Positions 9,993-18,878 are shown, counted from the first letter of the stretch. The stretch is 56,751 nt of DNA from a candidate division FCPU426 bacterium (GCA_963830915.1 CAWHOE010000059.1:1-56751), one strand, 5' to 3'. A program made the numbers and translations. Notes: generated from the letters alone by a model not told the origin.

Positions 9993-10992
9993 TTATTTTT
10001 GATAGGTCGTTTCCAGGGAGAAAAGGGATCTTAGAACTTTCAGGTTGGTTTTTAGATCAGGATAATTCCCAGGGCCTTTACCTTCCAACTCCAGGAAGAA
10101 CTTGCCGAAGGATCTCTAGGTACCCTTCCAGCCAGCCTAACGCGTGGAACGCGGGTTGATGGGACCCCATCCCGGTGTCTTTTCGAGGGACGAATGTCCG
10201 CGAGCCGCCCTTGCCTACCCAGATCCCGTCCGGGTTCATGAAATTCCAGGCGGCTGATTGCTTGGTCCCGATCACGTTCACCTCAAAATCATTGGCAGCC
10301 CCGTGGATGGTTTTGGAAATGGAACCCAGGGCCCTTCTTTCGCCGAGAAATTCCAAATTGAGGTGGACATGGGTGTCCCGGTGGGGCGCCTCGGCGTTGG
10401 CATAGGAAAGCCAGGCCGTTCCTTTGAAGTCAGTCCCGCCCATCAGGAAAGCCGCTGTGTCCAACCAATGCGCGCCGATATCGACCAGGGTATCGTAACC
10501 GCCGCTCAACACCGGATCGTTTTTCCAGGGATGGGGTGTGATGTCCTGGGCCAGCGCTTTTTTCGCGGCGGAGGATTGCCAGTAACGGCCTTCGATGGAG
10601 ATCAGGTCCCCGAACTCCCCGGCCTGGACCATTTGCTTGAGGGTTTGGGGGCCCCACATTTGACGGTAAACATGGCAGACCGCGACGGGAATTTTGACGG
10701 ATTCAAGAAGGGTTACTTCCTTCAGGTTGACGCAGGCTGGTTTTTCCACCACGATCGCCTTGAACCCGGTTTTCTCGCCTTCCAGGATGGCCGAAGCGTG
10801 GAGGCCGTGAGGATTGGCGATCAGTAGAACAGGGTTGGGGCAACCAGCGGGGAAGGTTGGTTTTTGATCGCGGGGGATGGTTATGGCTTTTTGGATATCC
10901 CATTCAGGGTATTGCAGGGAAAGAATGGCCAGACATTTTTGAAGGGCCTGAGCCGCCATGCCGCGGCCAATGATAAAAGGGGAAATGGGCAT
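9993..10992 (-). CDS. Gfo/Idh/MocA-family oxidoreductase (apparent frameshift near 10101)
   Basis: IIGRGMAA, VVEKP, DIGAHWLD; the alternate frame supplies a plausible C-terminus FFLELEGKGPGNYPDLKTNLKVLRSLFSLETTYQK*. Confidence 0.8.
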
Positions 10993-11179
10993 CAGTGTTT
11001 ACCTCGATTGAAGGAATTTTTATCAAAAGCACTACCGGAAGCGTTTTGAACTATTTCATTAATACTCTTGCCTGTAACCTGGTTTTTATTTCAATGTAAG
11101 ATTTTAATGGGCGATATATTCTAGCGCCCTGAGTGCCAATGGCCATCATCATGAGCTAAACCCCGTTGTTCCATCGTTT

Positions 11180-12568
11180 TTACTTTTCAGGCAATATCGC
11201 GAAATGGACGGAGGCGTGATCGTTTTGGCTTAAACCATAGGTACATTCCAAGGGACCCTTTTCCTCGGACCGAAAAATCACGTCATAATACTCATTATTG
11301 AAATGCCCAATCATGAATCGATCATCTTCGTCGCCTTTGAAAAAATATCGGCGTAGCTCATCAAAATCTTTTGGCCATCGGCCTGTTCTTTCTCGAAAAA
11401 GCCGGATGACTTTCATCAAATCATTCTTGAGCCACGCTTGATGTTTTTCGGCCTTTTCACTGGTAGTCATCGGAACTTCGGGAACAGAGGCCGCTACGGT
11501 CAATTCGACGCGGGGAGCGGAGGGATCGATTGGATTATCAAAATGGACCAAATCGTTTTTCCAATGATTTTCTTGCAGAGTCAAATGGGGGTAAAGACTT
11601 AGGTCAAAAGACAGGCCCTTTTCACGAATAAAGTCATTTAATTCTTCTATCCGCAGAGGCCACCGATCTTTCGCCAGATAAAAATCCTGAAGAAGACCAG
11701 TCAGTGGACCTTGTAAGGCGCAAACTAAGTTGGTTTTCTCCCTTTTTGCCCTGTCCTGTAAATAATCGTTACGGCGGTTCTTTTGAATCAAGATGTCCAA
11801 TTTTTGAAGTGCCACCCGCAAAAATTCTCTCAAACCCTTGGTCTGTCCATAAGCGCCGTAATAACCGGTCAAATCATCGCAATAAACCAGAAGCGCCCTT
11901 TCCCGCGATTTTTCATAAGTCCATTTTTGAAGTTTTTCAACCTTTGCCTGGATCAACGGTTCCCAAAAACCCGGAACACGCCTTTCCCCAGGCTCAAATT
12001 GTCGTTTTGCGTCATCCCAAATATAAATATTGGGTGGACGATGGTATTTACTCTCGCCGCTATCAAAAAAAAGCGTCTTCTGGCTGTTACCCTCCATGTC
12101 TTTCAGAACAGGTACCGCTCCTTCTGTGCTCGAAGACACATCCCCCACGATCTGTGCCTTCTCGCCATTCCACATATAAATTTCATAGGCTGAAAAATCC
12201 GCTGAGGCCGCGCAAGCATAAAGATGGCTAAAGACGGGCGGCAAAGTCTCACGAATCCTGCCGGCCAACACCGGTTCACTTTCCTCCTGATTCCAATAAC
12301 AGCGGCCATTGGAATCCAACAATATCAGCCTGGCTAAGCTTAGTGAAGGACGAGGACTATAGCGGACGACATAAAGATCGACAGGTTTACCATCCTTCGT
12401 TGTACCTGAGGGAAATTGTTCAATTTTTTTAACTTTAGTATCAGCCGGAATAAGAGTCTTCAGTGGCGCAGGGATATTTTTATTCGATAAAAGCGTTTGT
12501 GAAAAAACCGGAGATGAAAACGCCGTTAAAATAATAATGATTAAATATTTTAGGTTTAAGGAAAACAT
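11180..12568 (-). CDS. Hypothetical secreted protein in the AT-rich block
   Basis: Long ORF with N-terminal signal peptide (MFSLNLKYLIIIILTAFSSPVFS); internally repeated motif F...(K/T)(D/G)RWP....EL..(F/Y) near the C-terminus. Confidence 0.7.
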   Translation of the reverse strand: MFSLNLKYLIIIILTAFSSPVFSQTLLSNKNIPAPLKTLIPADTKVKKIEQFPSGTTKDGKPVDLYVVRYSPRPSLSLARLILLDSNGRCYWNQEESEPVLAGRIRETLPPVFSHLYACAASADFSAYEIYMWNGEKAQIVGDVSSSTEGAVPVLKDMEGNSQKTLFFDSGESKYHRPPNIYIWDDAKRQFEPGERRVPGFWEPLIQAKVEKLQKWTYEKSRERALLVYCDDLTGYYGAYGQTKGLREFLRVALQKLDILIQKNRRNDYLQDRAKREKTNLVCALQGPLTGLLQDFYLAKDRWPLRIEELNDFIREKGLSFDLSLYPHLTLQENHWKNDLVHFDNPIDPSAPRVELTVAASVPEVPMTTSEKAEKHQAWLKNDLMKVIRLFRERTGRWPKDFDELRRYFFKGDEDDRFMIGHFNNEYYDVIFRSEEKGPLECTYGLSQNDHASVHFAILPEK

Positions 12569-12640
12569 AGTGTTTCTTCTTTCCAAACGAAAACCCAGGG
12601 CAGGCCACCATTATCCATTTTGTTTCGTCCATCCTAGTTC

Positions 12641-12712
12641 CCCTGTAGTAGACTTTTGGTCACTACAGGGCTTGTCCTAAAGTGTGATGCGAAGGCATCT
12701 CTACTTTAGGGC
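12641..12712. other. Two adjacent intergenic hairpins
   Basis: CCCTGTAGT..ACTACAGGG (12641-12670) and GTCCTAAAGT..GATGC GAAG GCATC..ACTTTAGGGC (12674-12712). Confidence 0.6.
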
Positions 12713-12729
12713 ATAGCCGTCGTGAACGA

Positions 12730-14355
12730 TCAAACCACCTTGAATTGGACTGTTCCGAGAAGAAGATTGGCTTTTTCGGTTTCTTCCACAGGAACCATCA
12801 ATCTCATCTTAATCAATGGGGCGAATATAAATAAGAGACGGCGATAACGGTAGGATTGGATGTGGCAGGGTATTTTTTCTGCCATAAAAAGCCCCTTTAA
12901 ATAACTAGCTAAATGCACATTGTCTATTTCCAAAAGTTCTACGCTCTGGCCATGAACCCGCCAAAAAAGCCACTGTGCCCACAAATCCTGAATGATGGTG
13001 AAAAGCAAAATCCAAAAAAACATGTCTCTAAAATAAAACTGGCAGTCAAATACCCATGGCAGTGAAAAAAGGATTGTGCCCAATAGAGTAACTGCAATTG
13101 CGTTCAAAACGTTTCTGTTTAAGAGTTTCTTTCTTTTTCTGAGCGCAACTGGCAAGTTTTCAATAGCTAGGCCAAAAACATTAATCTCTCCATAAAACCA
13201 GTTGTAGAATAACCAGCTTAAAGGGACCATCAAAATCAGAATAAAAATACTTTGGGTCCATTTTTCACTTATCCATTGGATTGGAATTTCAGATATGTCC
13301 TCACTTGCGCTTAAATATCTAAATATTGAGGTGATGGATGTGACAATCCCACAAGCCAAAACATACGGTTCCGTACTCATGGGTAAAGAAGATATCTCGA
13401 ACCATAGCCTTTTTCCATTTGTTCGCTTCACCGGAATCCTTGGGACTTTTTGGACAAACTTCCACAAAAAAACCAGGACGATCACCAGCAAAACAATGAC
13501 CCCGTAGTAGGAAAATAACTGATCGCTGGTCGGATTTAACTTCCAAAATTCCTTGTTCGATCGCGCTAAACCTCCGCTTAGGTTTTTGACCCAACCATAA
13601 AATAATAGGATTAAAAAGCCATTTCCTATGCCTAGTTGAGTTATGAGCCGTGCGATCCAAACGCACAAGAAGGTCCCCCCCAGCAACGCGGAAATATTAA
13701 TGATTTGAAAAAACGGGGAATTCGCCAAGGAAAAGGACGAGAAGGTTTCTTGGATGATTTCTAAAACAAGACGATTGTTTCCGTAAGCTTGAAGCAAAGC
13801 GGCCAAGAATGCAAAGCCCCAGGCCCATTGATTTAGCTTTTCCCTGCCAGACTTACCCGCTAGCCTCCAACCGCGGAATGGTTTTAAAACCAGGGATAAA
13901 AGCTCCGCAAGAATAAAACCGGAAAACACCGGCATTAAACCCATCGAGAGAATATTGAAATTGGATAAATCCCTGCCCGTCCATTTGGCAAATTCATCAT
14001 GAAACCCGATTGTTGGAAGCGAGACATGATAGAGACAAACATAGAGCGCTAAAAGGCTGACAGTCCAGCCAAAGGCGCGTAGGTAGGATCGGATATTAGG
14101 ATTGATATTTCTGGCGAAGATAATAAGGTTCCAAGACTTTTCTTTAATGGTTAAAGTTTCTTCGCTTTCTAGAGCTTTAAGGCATTCCGGTTTACGGCAG
14201 TAATAATGCTGGCTACCCTCCATGACGCAGTTAATACAGAGCTCGTCATGGCAATTATGGCAAAAGCCGAGGGCCTTTTGGGTTGGATGATTAGCACAAA
14301 TAGGATCAGGCTTCATATCAAAAGATTCCTCTATAGGTATTTTAAGTTCTGGCAA
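12730..14355 (-). CDS. B-box zinc finger + divergent SecY-like membrane domain + DUF2007-like C-terminal domain
   Basis: CANHP..A...CHNC...LC.NC zinc finger; FNILSMGLMP...GKSGREKLNQW..LLQA and LGGTFLCVWIARLITQLGIGNG resemble SecY signature regions; ASYLKGLF.AEKIPC...RLMVPVEE.EKA..LL DUF2007-like tail. Confidence 0.7.
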   Translation of the reverse strand: MPELKIPIEESFDMKPDPICANHPTQKALGFCHNCHDELCINCVMEGSQHYYCRKPECLKALESEETLTIKEKSWNLIIFARNINPNIRSYLRAFGWTVSLLALYVCLYHVSLPTIGFHDEFAKWTGRDLSNFNILSMGLMPVFSGFILAELLSLVLKPFRGWRLAGKSGREKLNQWAWGFAFLAALLQAYGNNRLVLEIIQETFSSFSLANSPFFQIINISALLGGTFLCVWIARLITQLGIGNGFLILLFYGWVKNLSGGLARSNKEFWKLNPTSDQLFSYYGVIVLLVIVLVFLWKFVQKVPRIPVKRTNGKRLWFEISSLPMSTEPYVLACGIVTSITSIFRYLSASEDISEIPIQWISEKWTQSIFILILMVPLSWLFYNWFYGEINVFGLAIENLPVALRKRKKLLNRNVLNAIAVTLLGTILFSLPWVFDCQFYFRDMFFWILLFTIIQDLWAQWLFWRVHGQSVELLEIDNVHLASYLKGLFMAEKIPCHIQSYRYRRLLFIFAPLIKMRLMVPVEETEKANLLLGTVQFKVV

Positions 14356-14561
14356 CCCTCACATAAGGCTTTTTTATCTCCCCTAATTCAACCGACCAAC
14401 AATGGGGCCAGGCTTAAGATTATACTTTTTAAACTTTTCGGCGTATTTTTTGTCCTGGGTCAGCCCTTTTCCATAAAAACCCAGGATTTTGATGTTTAGC
14501 ATTAACTTAGGTGTCCTTTGATTTGAAGGCCCGGAGAAGGGTTCCTGTACCGTTCCCCCCA

Positions 14562-15473
14562 TCTATCGGTGACCAAAAGGGTGTTCTCGGTAACCAAATC
14601 CATGTTCTCGAGAACATTTCTTCTTGTTATCGATGAAAAAGGCATGTTCCCGAGAACCAAAACACCCTGTTATCGATGACCAACCCCCTGTTCTCGGTAA
14701 CCAAAAGGATGTTCTCGATAACACCTATACCGAGGTCACAAACCGAGGTATATGCCTTGGTTGTACCGGTCTCAATGGGACCGGTACATTTCTTCTTGTT
14801 ATCGATGAAAAAGGCATGTTCCCGAGAACCAAAACACCCATTTATCGATAACCAACCCCCTGTTCCCGGTGACCAAATGCATGTTCTCGAGAACATTTCC
14901 TCCGGTTATCGATAACAAAGGCCTGTTCCCGATAACCAAAACACCCATTTATCGATAACCACCCCCCTGTTCTTGGTAACCAAAAGGATGTTCTCGATAA
15001 CACCTATACCGAGGTCACAAACCGAGGTATATGCCTTGGCTGTGCCGGTTCCAATGGGAACCGGTACAAAAACACCCAGTTACCGATAACCAACCCCCTG
15101 TTCTCGGTAACCAAATCCATGTTCTCGAGAACATTTCCCCTGGTTATCGATAACAAAGGCTGGTTCCCGATAACCAAAACACCCAGTTACCGATAACAAA
15201 CCCCCTGTTCTCGGTAACCAAATCCATGTTCTCGAGAACATTTCCTCTTGTTATCGATGAAAAAGGTATGTTCCCGAGAACCAAAACACCCATTTATCAA
15301 TAACCAACCCCCTGTTCTCGGTGACCAAAAGGATGTTCTCGGTAACCAAATCCATGTTCTCGAGAACATTTCCTCCGGTTATCGGTAAAAAAGGCCTGTT
15401 CCCGATAACATTTCCACCGGTTATCGATGACTAAAACCGTTTTATCGGTGACCAAAATCATAATCTCGATGAC
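14562..15473. repeat. Phased array of ~37 palindromic 12-bp boxes with a 107-bp higher-order repeat
   Basis: Boxes such as GTTCTCGAGAAC, GTTATCGATAAC, GTTCCCGATAAC, GTTCTCGGTAAC separated by 8-11 nt recurring spacers; two hairpin-containing inserts at ~14723-14788 and ~15002-15068. Confidence 0.95.
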
Positions 15474-15523
15474 CGGCCAATATTAACTTATCCCCGTTTT
15501 TATCAAAAAATATGGAGACAAGT

Positions 15524-16753
15524 ATGGCTATCAAACATGAATCCCTGGATTGGTTGGACAAACTGGCTGAATTAAAGACCCAGATGGACAAAATGGCTAA
15601 ACCCACCCACGGAAATTTAGCTACCGTTTTGGGCCAGACGCGATCAACGATCACAAAGCTATCGTCCTTAATACCGATCATCGACCCGACGGCGGCGGAC
15701 AAGATACGCCAAGCCGCCCAGGCTACGCCGCCCTTCATACTTGGGTTCAATAGTGCCAGGACCCTGGCGGGTTTGAATGGAAAGGTAGCGGACCTTCCGG
15801 CCGCGGTTCATTCCACCCTGGATGTGGTCATCAACCGCCGTCTAGAACTACGGCATATCCAAGCCTTGGTGGAACGGGTTATCGCGGGCCATCCCGCCGC
15901 AGAATTTGATCCACTTAAACAACAGAGCAAACGGCAAATAACCTCACCCATAGCTGAACCTGAATTGGACAGGGAAGAATTAACCCCGGTCAAAGAAACG
16001 ACCAGCCATAAAGGGCAGTCGGTCGGCCAAAGGATTGATGAGACCATTGAAGGGGTCCGAGTATGGGCGAAGAAGTATAAAAATGGATTGGTTATGGTCG
16101 GGGTGGCGGCGGCGTTGGTTTTGTGGAACTACAAGGATTCCTTATTCAAGACAACCGATGCCAGCATGTCTGAACCAGCACAACTAACCCGTAGTTCCGG
16201 TATAAGTACTCAAACCCAAACGCCACAAACTATTATGTCCCTCGCCCAGCCCCAGACGGCTCAACCGGCTGTTTCGACTCAGGGGCAAGCGGCGAGTGTA
16301 CCAATATCAAAAGGAGAGGTTGTCGTCCCCGACGAACTAAAGGGAAGAACCATTAATGACGCCGCTATCGCCATGGAATTCGCCATGAACTTTTATGGGG
16401 TTTCCTATGAAGTCCCATCCAGTAACTTGAAATATCTGGATGACATTACGAATGAACATTACACCAAAGCCTTTTTCAAGGAATTCTATCCTCCCGCGAA
16501 GCTCAAGGAGATCCGGGCCAGGAAACTGTTCATGGACTTCCAGCCGTCAGGTCCGGCGAAGGTATTAAAGGTGGATCAGGATTCCAGCGAGTATCTGGTG
16601 GAAGGAGTTGTGAGTAACATGACCGATAAGGGCAAAAAGGACCAATTCATTTCCGAAAGACCGGCGGGACTGATCATTGATATCGACGACCGCCCCAGCG
16701 CGAATGGCGCCGTGGTAAAAGTGACGGAAACCTCTCCGGAGGGGAAACCTTAA
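15524..16753 (+). CDS. ParB-type HTH domain + single TM helix + VirB8/TraE-like extracytoplasmic domain
   Basis: THGNLATVLGQTRSTITKL..LGFNSARTLAGL..LELRHIQALVERV resembles the ParB central DNA-binding domain; TM GLVMVGVAAALVLW preceded by basic residues; C-terminal alpha+beta domain; GGAG RBS favors ATG 15524 over 15512. Confidence 0.7.
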   Translation: MAIKHESLDWLDKLAELKTQMDKMAKPTHGNLATVLGQTRSTITKLSSLIPIIDPTAADKIRQAAQATPPFILGFNSARTLAGLNGKVADLPAAVHSTLDVVINRRLELRHIQALVERVIAGHPAAEFDPLKQQSKRQITSPIAEPELDREELTPVKETTSHKGQSVGQRIDETIEGVRVWAKKYKNGLVMVGVAAALVLWNYKDSLFKTTDASMSEPAQLTRSSGISTQTQTPQTIMSLAQPQTAQPAVSTQGQAASVPISKGEVVVPDELKGRTINDAAIAMEFAMNFYGVSYEVPSSNLKYLDDITNEHYTKAFFKEFYPPAKLKEIRARKLFMDFQPSGPAKVLKVDQDSSEYLVEGVVSNMTDKGKKDQFISERPAGLIIDIDDRPSANGAVVKVTETSPEGKP

Positions 16754-16864
16754 GGGAATATCTAATAATTCACCGAATGCCGACGCTCTATAAAGCGCGT
16801 ATGAAGAGGGAGGCTACGGTGGGCAATTTTCGCAAACTTAAATATTCTTCAAGGAAGCGAAAAT

Positions 16865-16954
16865 TGGCGGAGAGAGAGGGATTCGAACCCCCGTTACGCT
16901 TGCGCGTAAATCTGATTTCGAGTCAGACGCATTCGACCACTCTGCCATCTCTCC
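16865..16954 (-). tRNA. tRNA-Ser(CGA)
   Basis: Reverse complement GGAGAGATGGCAGAGTGGTCGAATGCG TCTGA-CT-CGA-AA-TCAGA, long variable arm, GGTTCGAATCC, encoded CCA. Confidence 0.97.
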
Positions 16955-17230
16955 GTAACTACAGGCACTCAATTATCAATTCAACGTTTCTACCTACGCA
17001 TGGACAAAAGAAACATTTTTCATCATTTTATTCTTGATGGAAACTATTGTCCCGCTCCCTTCGGGAGCGCCGACCACTCTGCCATCTCTCCGTAACTACA
17101 GGCACTCAATTGTCAATTCAACGTTTCTACCTGCGCATGGACAAAAGAAACATTTATCATCATTTTATTCTTGATGGAAACTATTGTCCCGCTCCCTTCG
17201 GGAGCGCCGACCACTCTGCCATCTCTCCGT
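16934..17230. repeat. 137-bp tandem repeat (two full units plus a 23-bp end) containing the tRNA-Ser 5' end
   Basis: CGACCACTCTGCCATCTCTCCGT at 16934, 17071 and 17208; the intervening 114-nt segments are near-identical and carry hairpin CGCTCCC TTC GGGAGCG. Confidence 0.95.
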
Positions 17231-17299
17231 TGGTCAATCATTCGATCTTTAAGTTGGCTCCCTTTGACGCCACCATTATGCCGTAAAAGGAGGGGTATT

Positions 17300-17343
17300 T
17301 TAGAGAGAAACCGAGATTTGGACAATAGCGGGATGTTGTGATA
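17300..17343 (+). repeat. 44-bp direct repeat, copy 1 (copy 2 at 18879-18922)
   Basis: TTAGAGAGAAACCGAGATTTGGACAATAGCGGGATGTT(G/A)TGATA, one mismatch. Confidence 0.9.
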
Positions 17344-17389
17344 ATGGCTTAATTTTAACCAAGTAAGGCCTGAAAGGTTTTTGTGTTTT

Positions 17390-17419
17390 GCCCAAACTGC
17401 GGAGTGCCGCAGTTTGGGC
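17390..17419. other. Perfect 13-bp-stem hairpin just after the ATPase stop codon
   Basis: GCCCAAACTGCGG AGTG CCGCAGTTTGGGC; no U-tract follows on the gene's strand. Confidence 0.7.
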
Positions 17420-17425
17420 GGGCCA

Positions 17426-18694
17426 TTAAGAAAGCCAGCGGTTGATCGGAACCGCCCATAGGTGCCGTTTGGAGTCCCTTTGCTCGATGGCCCCGCCCCT
17501 ATAAAGACAAACACCCCCCAACCACCGCTTTCCAAGTCGGTCGGCCAAGGTTGAAAGGCCGGTGAAGTCCTTGGGCTCCGGATTGGGCCTGGACTTGATC
17601 TCGATGCCGAGGAATCCCTTTTCCATCTTGACCAACAGGTCCACCTCGAAACCGGAGCGTGTCCGGTAATAGAAAAGCTCCGCCCTCTCCCCGGCGGTCC
17701 GCACCCATTTGTGCATTTCCGAGACCGCGTAGGTTTCCACGACACCGCCCTCATCGCTCCCCCAACGCCCGGTGAGCTGGCGCAAAAGCCCCACATCGGA
17801 CCAATAAACCTTGGGGGCCTTGATCACCGTGCTGGTCAAGTTCTCGTGGTAAGGCGGCAAAAGAAAAGCCTGATAGGAAAGTCGGAGGTATTCCAGGTAG
17901 CGCCGGGCCGTATCCACGCTGACCCCGCCGTCCCGCGCCAACTCGGAATAGGATAGGATGCCCGCTGACCGGGCCGCGCAAAGGCGTTGGACTTTCTTGA
18001 AGGGTTCCAGGTCGTCCAAGCGGGCGAGGTCGCCCAGGTCCTTTTCCAAATAGGTATACTCATAGGATTTGAGCCATTTTTCCCGGTCGGTATCGGACAG
18101 GGGAAGAAGCCCTGGCATGCCGCCCCATTGAAGCAGGTGGTCCTCGGCGGATTGCAGGCGGTGTTTCGCTTCCCCCACCATGACGGAAGGCTCGCCGGAA
18201 AGCGTCTTTTCGATGGGGGCGTTCAGCCGGAGACACTTGGCGAAGAGGGGTATTTCGGTGTGCCCTCCCTTGCCCGCGAGTTCCGCGAGCATCAGGGGCC
18301 ACAGCTCATGGACGAAGATACGTCCCGCCAGACTCTCCCGCACTTTCTTCATGAGCAGGATCTGGGAGGAACCCAGGAGGACTGTGAAACGGACCTTTCC
18401 ATCATCGAAGGCGTATTTGACCTTCTCGAAGAGGGAGGGCTCCTTCTGGACCTCATCTATGACGGCGTTTCCCACCACCTGGCCCCACTCACGGGCCGGG
18501 ACGGCTTTTAATTCGTCCCTGACCTCCAGGCTGTCGCAGTTGAAATAGGGGCGGTCCCTGAACAGTTCCTTGACCAAAGTGGTCTTTCCGGTTTGCCGCG
18601 CCCCTGTCACCAGAAGGAGCCGGGGGGGACCTTTGGGCACCCCCTCCAGGACCGCCGAAAGAGCCCTTGGTTTTAACTGTATTTTTACGCTCAT
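17426..18694 (-). CDS. AAA_14-family ATPase with DUF4143 (PD-(D/E)xK-like) C-terminal domain
   Basis: Walker A GARQTGKTT, IDEVQK, LGSS, ESLAGR, GGMP, KVYWSDVGL, YYRT..G.EVDL..IEIKS. Confidence 0.9.
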   Translation of the reverse strand: MSVKIQLKPRALSAVLEGVPKGPPRLLLVTGARQTGKTTLVKELFRDRPYFNCDSLEVRDELKAVPAREWGQVVGNAVIDEVQKEPSLFEKVKYAFDDGKVRFTVLLGSSQILLMKKVRESLAGRIFVHELWPLMLAELAGKGGHTEIPLFAKCLRLNAPIEKTLSGEPSVMVGEAKHRLQSAEDHLLQWGGMPGLLPLSDTDREKWLKSYEYTYLEKDLGDLARLDDLEPFKKVQRLCAARSAGILSYSELARDGGVSVDTARRYLEYLRLSYQAFLLPPYHENLTSTVIKAPKVYWSDVGLLRQLTGRWGSDEGGVVETYAVSEMHKWVRTAGERAELFYYRTRSGFEVDLLVKMEKGFLGIEIKSRPNPEPKDFTGLSTLADRLGKRWLGGVCLYRGGAIEQRDSKRHLWAVPINRWLS

Positions 18695-18767
18695 AATCGT
18701 AAATTTTACAGTATTCTAGAGCGGGGTCAAGGAGAAAGGTTTATGTTCCAACTCGAAGATGCCCTAA

Positions 18768-18848
18768 CAGGGCGCTGAAAAAACGGCTGGGACCGACGGA
18801 CACCGCCGCCCATGAAAGTCCAGCCGATTATTTCAGGGATCGACCCTG
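18768..18848. mobile_element. Small imperfect inverted-repeat (MITE-like) element
   Basis: CTAA|CAGGGCGCTGAAAAAACGGCTGG ... CCAGCCGATTATTTCAGGGATCGACCCTG; left end resembles the element at 18946. Confidence 0.45.
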
Positions 18849-18878
18849 CCGCCGCCTTTGGAATCGGAACCCTTACCC

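Noticed and set aside
11050..11180. att site or integrase bounding the AT-rich island
   Set aside because: No copy of the tRNA 3' end and no recombinase motif found by eye
14603..14616. TGTTCTCGAGAACA as a LexA box (fits the TGTTC-N4-GAACA motif described for Verrucomicrobia)
   Set aside because: The local lexA promoter has a different palindrome and the adjacent ParB-HTH protein is the simpler partner; not strictly excluded
14624..15369. Short ORFs within the array (60-89 aa, both strands)
   Set aside because: By-products of the repeat; the 107-bp period breaks every frame and no RBS is evident
14562..15473. CRISPR array
   Set aside because: Repeats are only 12 bp, spacers are 8-11 nt and reused, and no cas genes are present
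17071..17230. Additional tRNA genes
   Set aside because: Only the first 21 nt of the tRNA are repeated; no anticodon arm or T-arm
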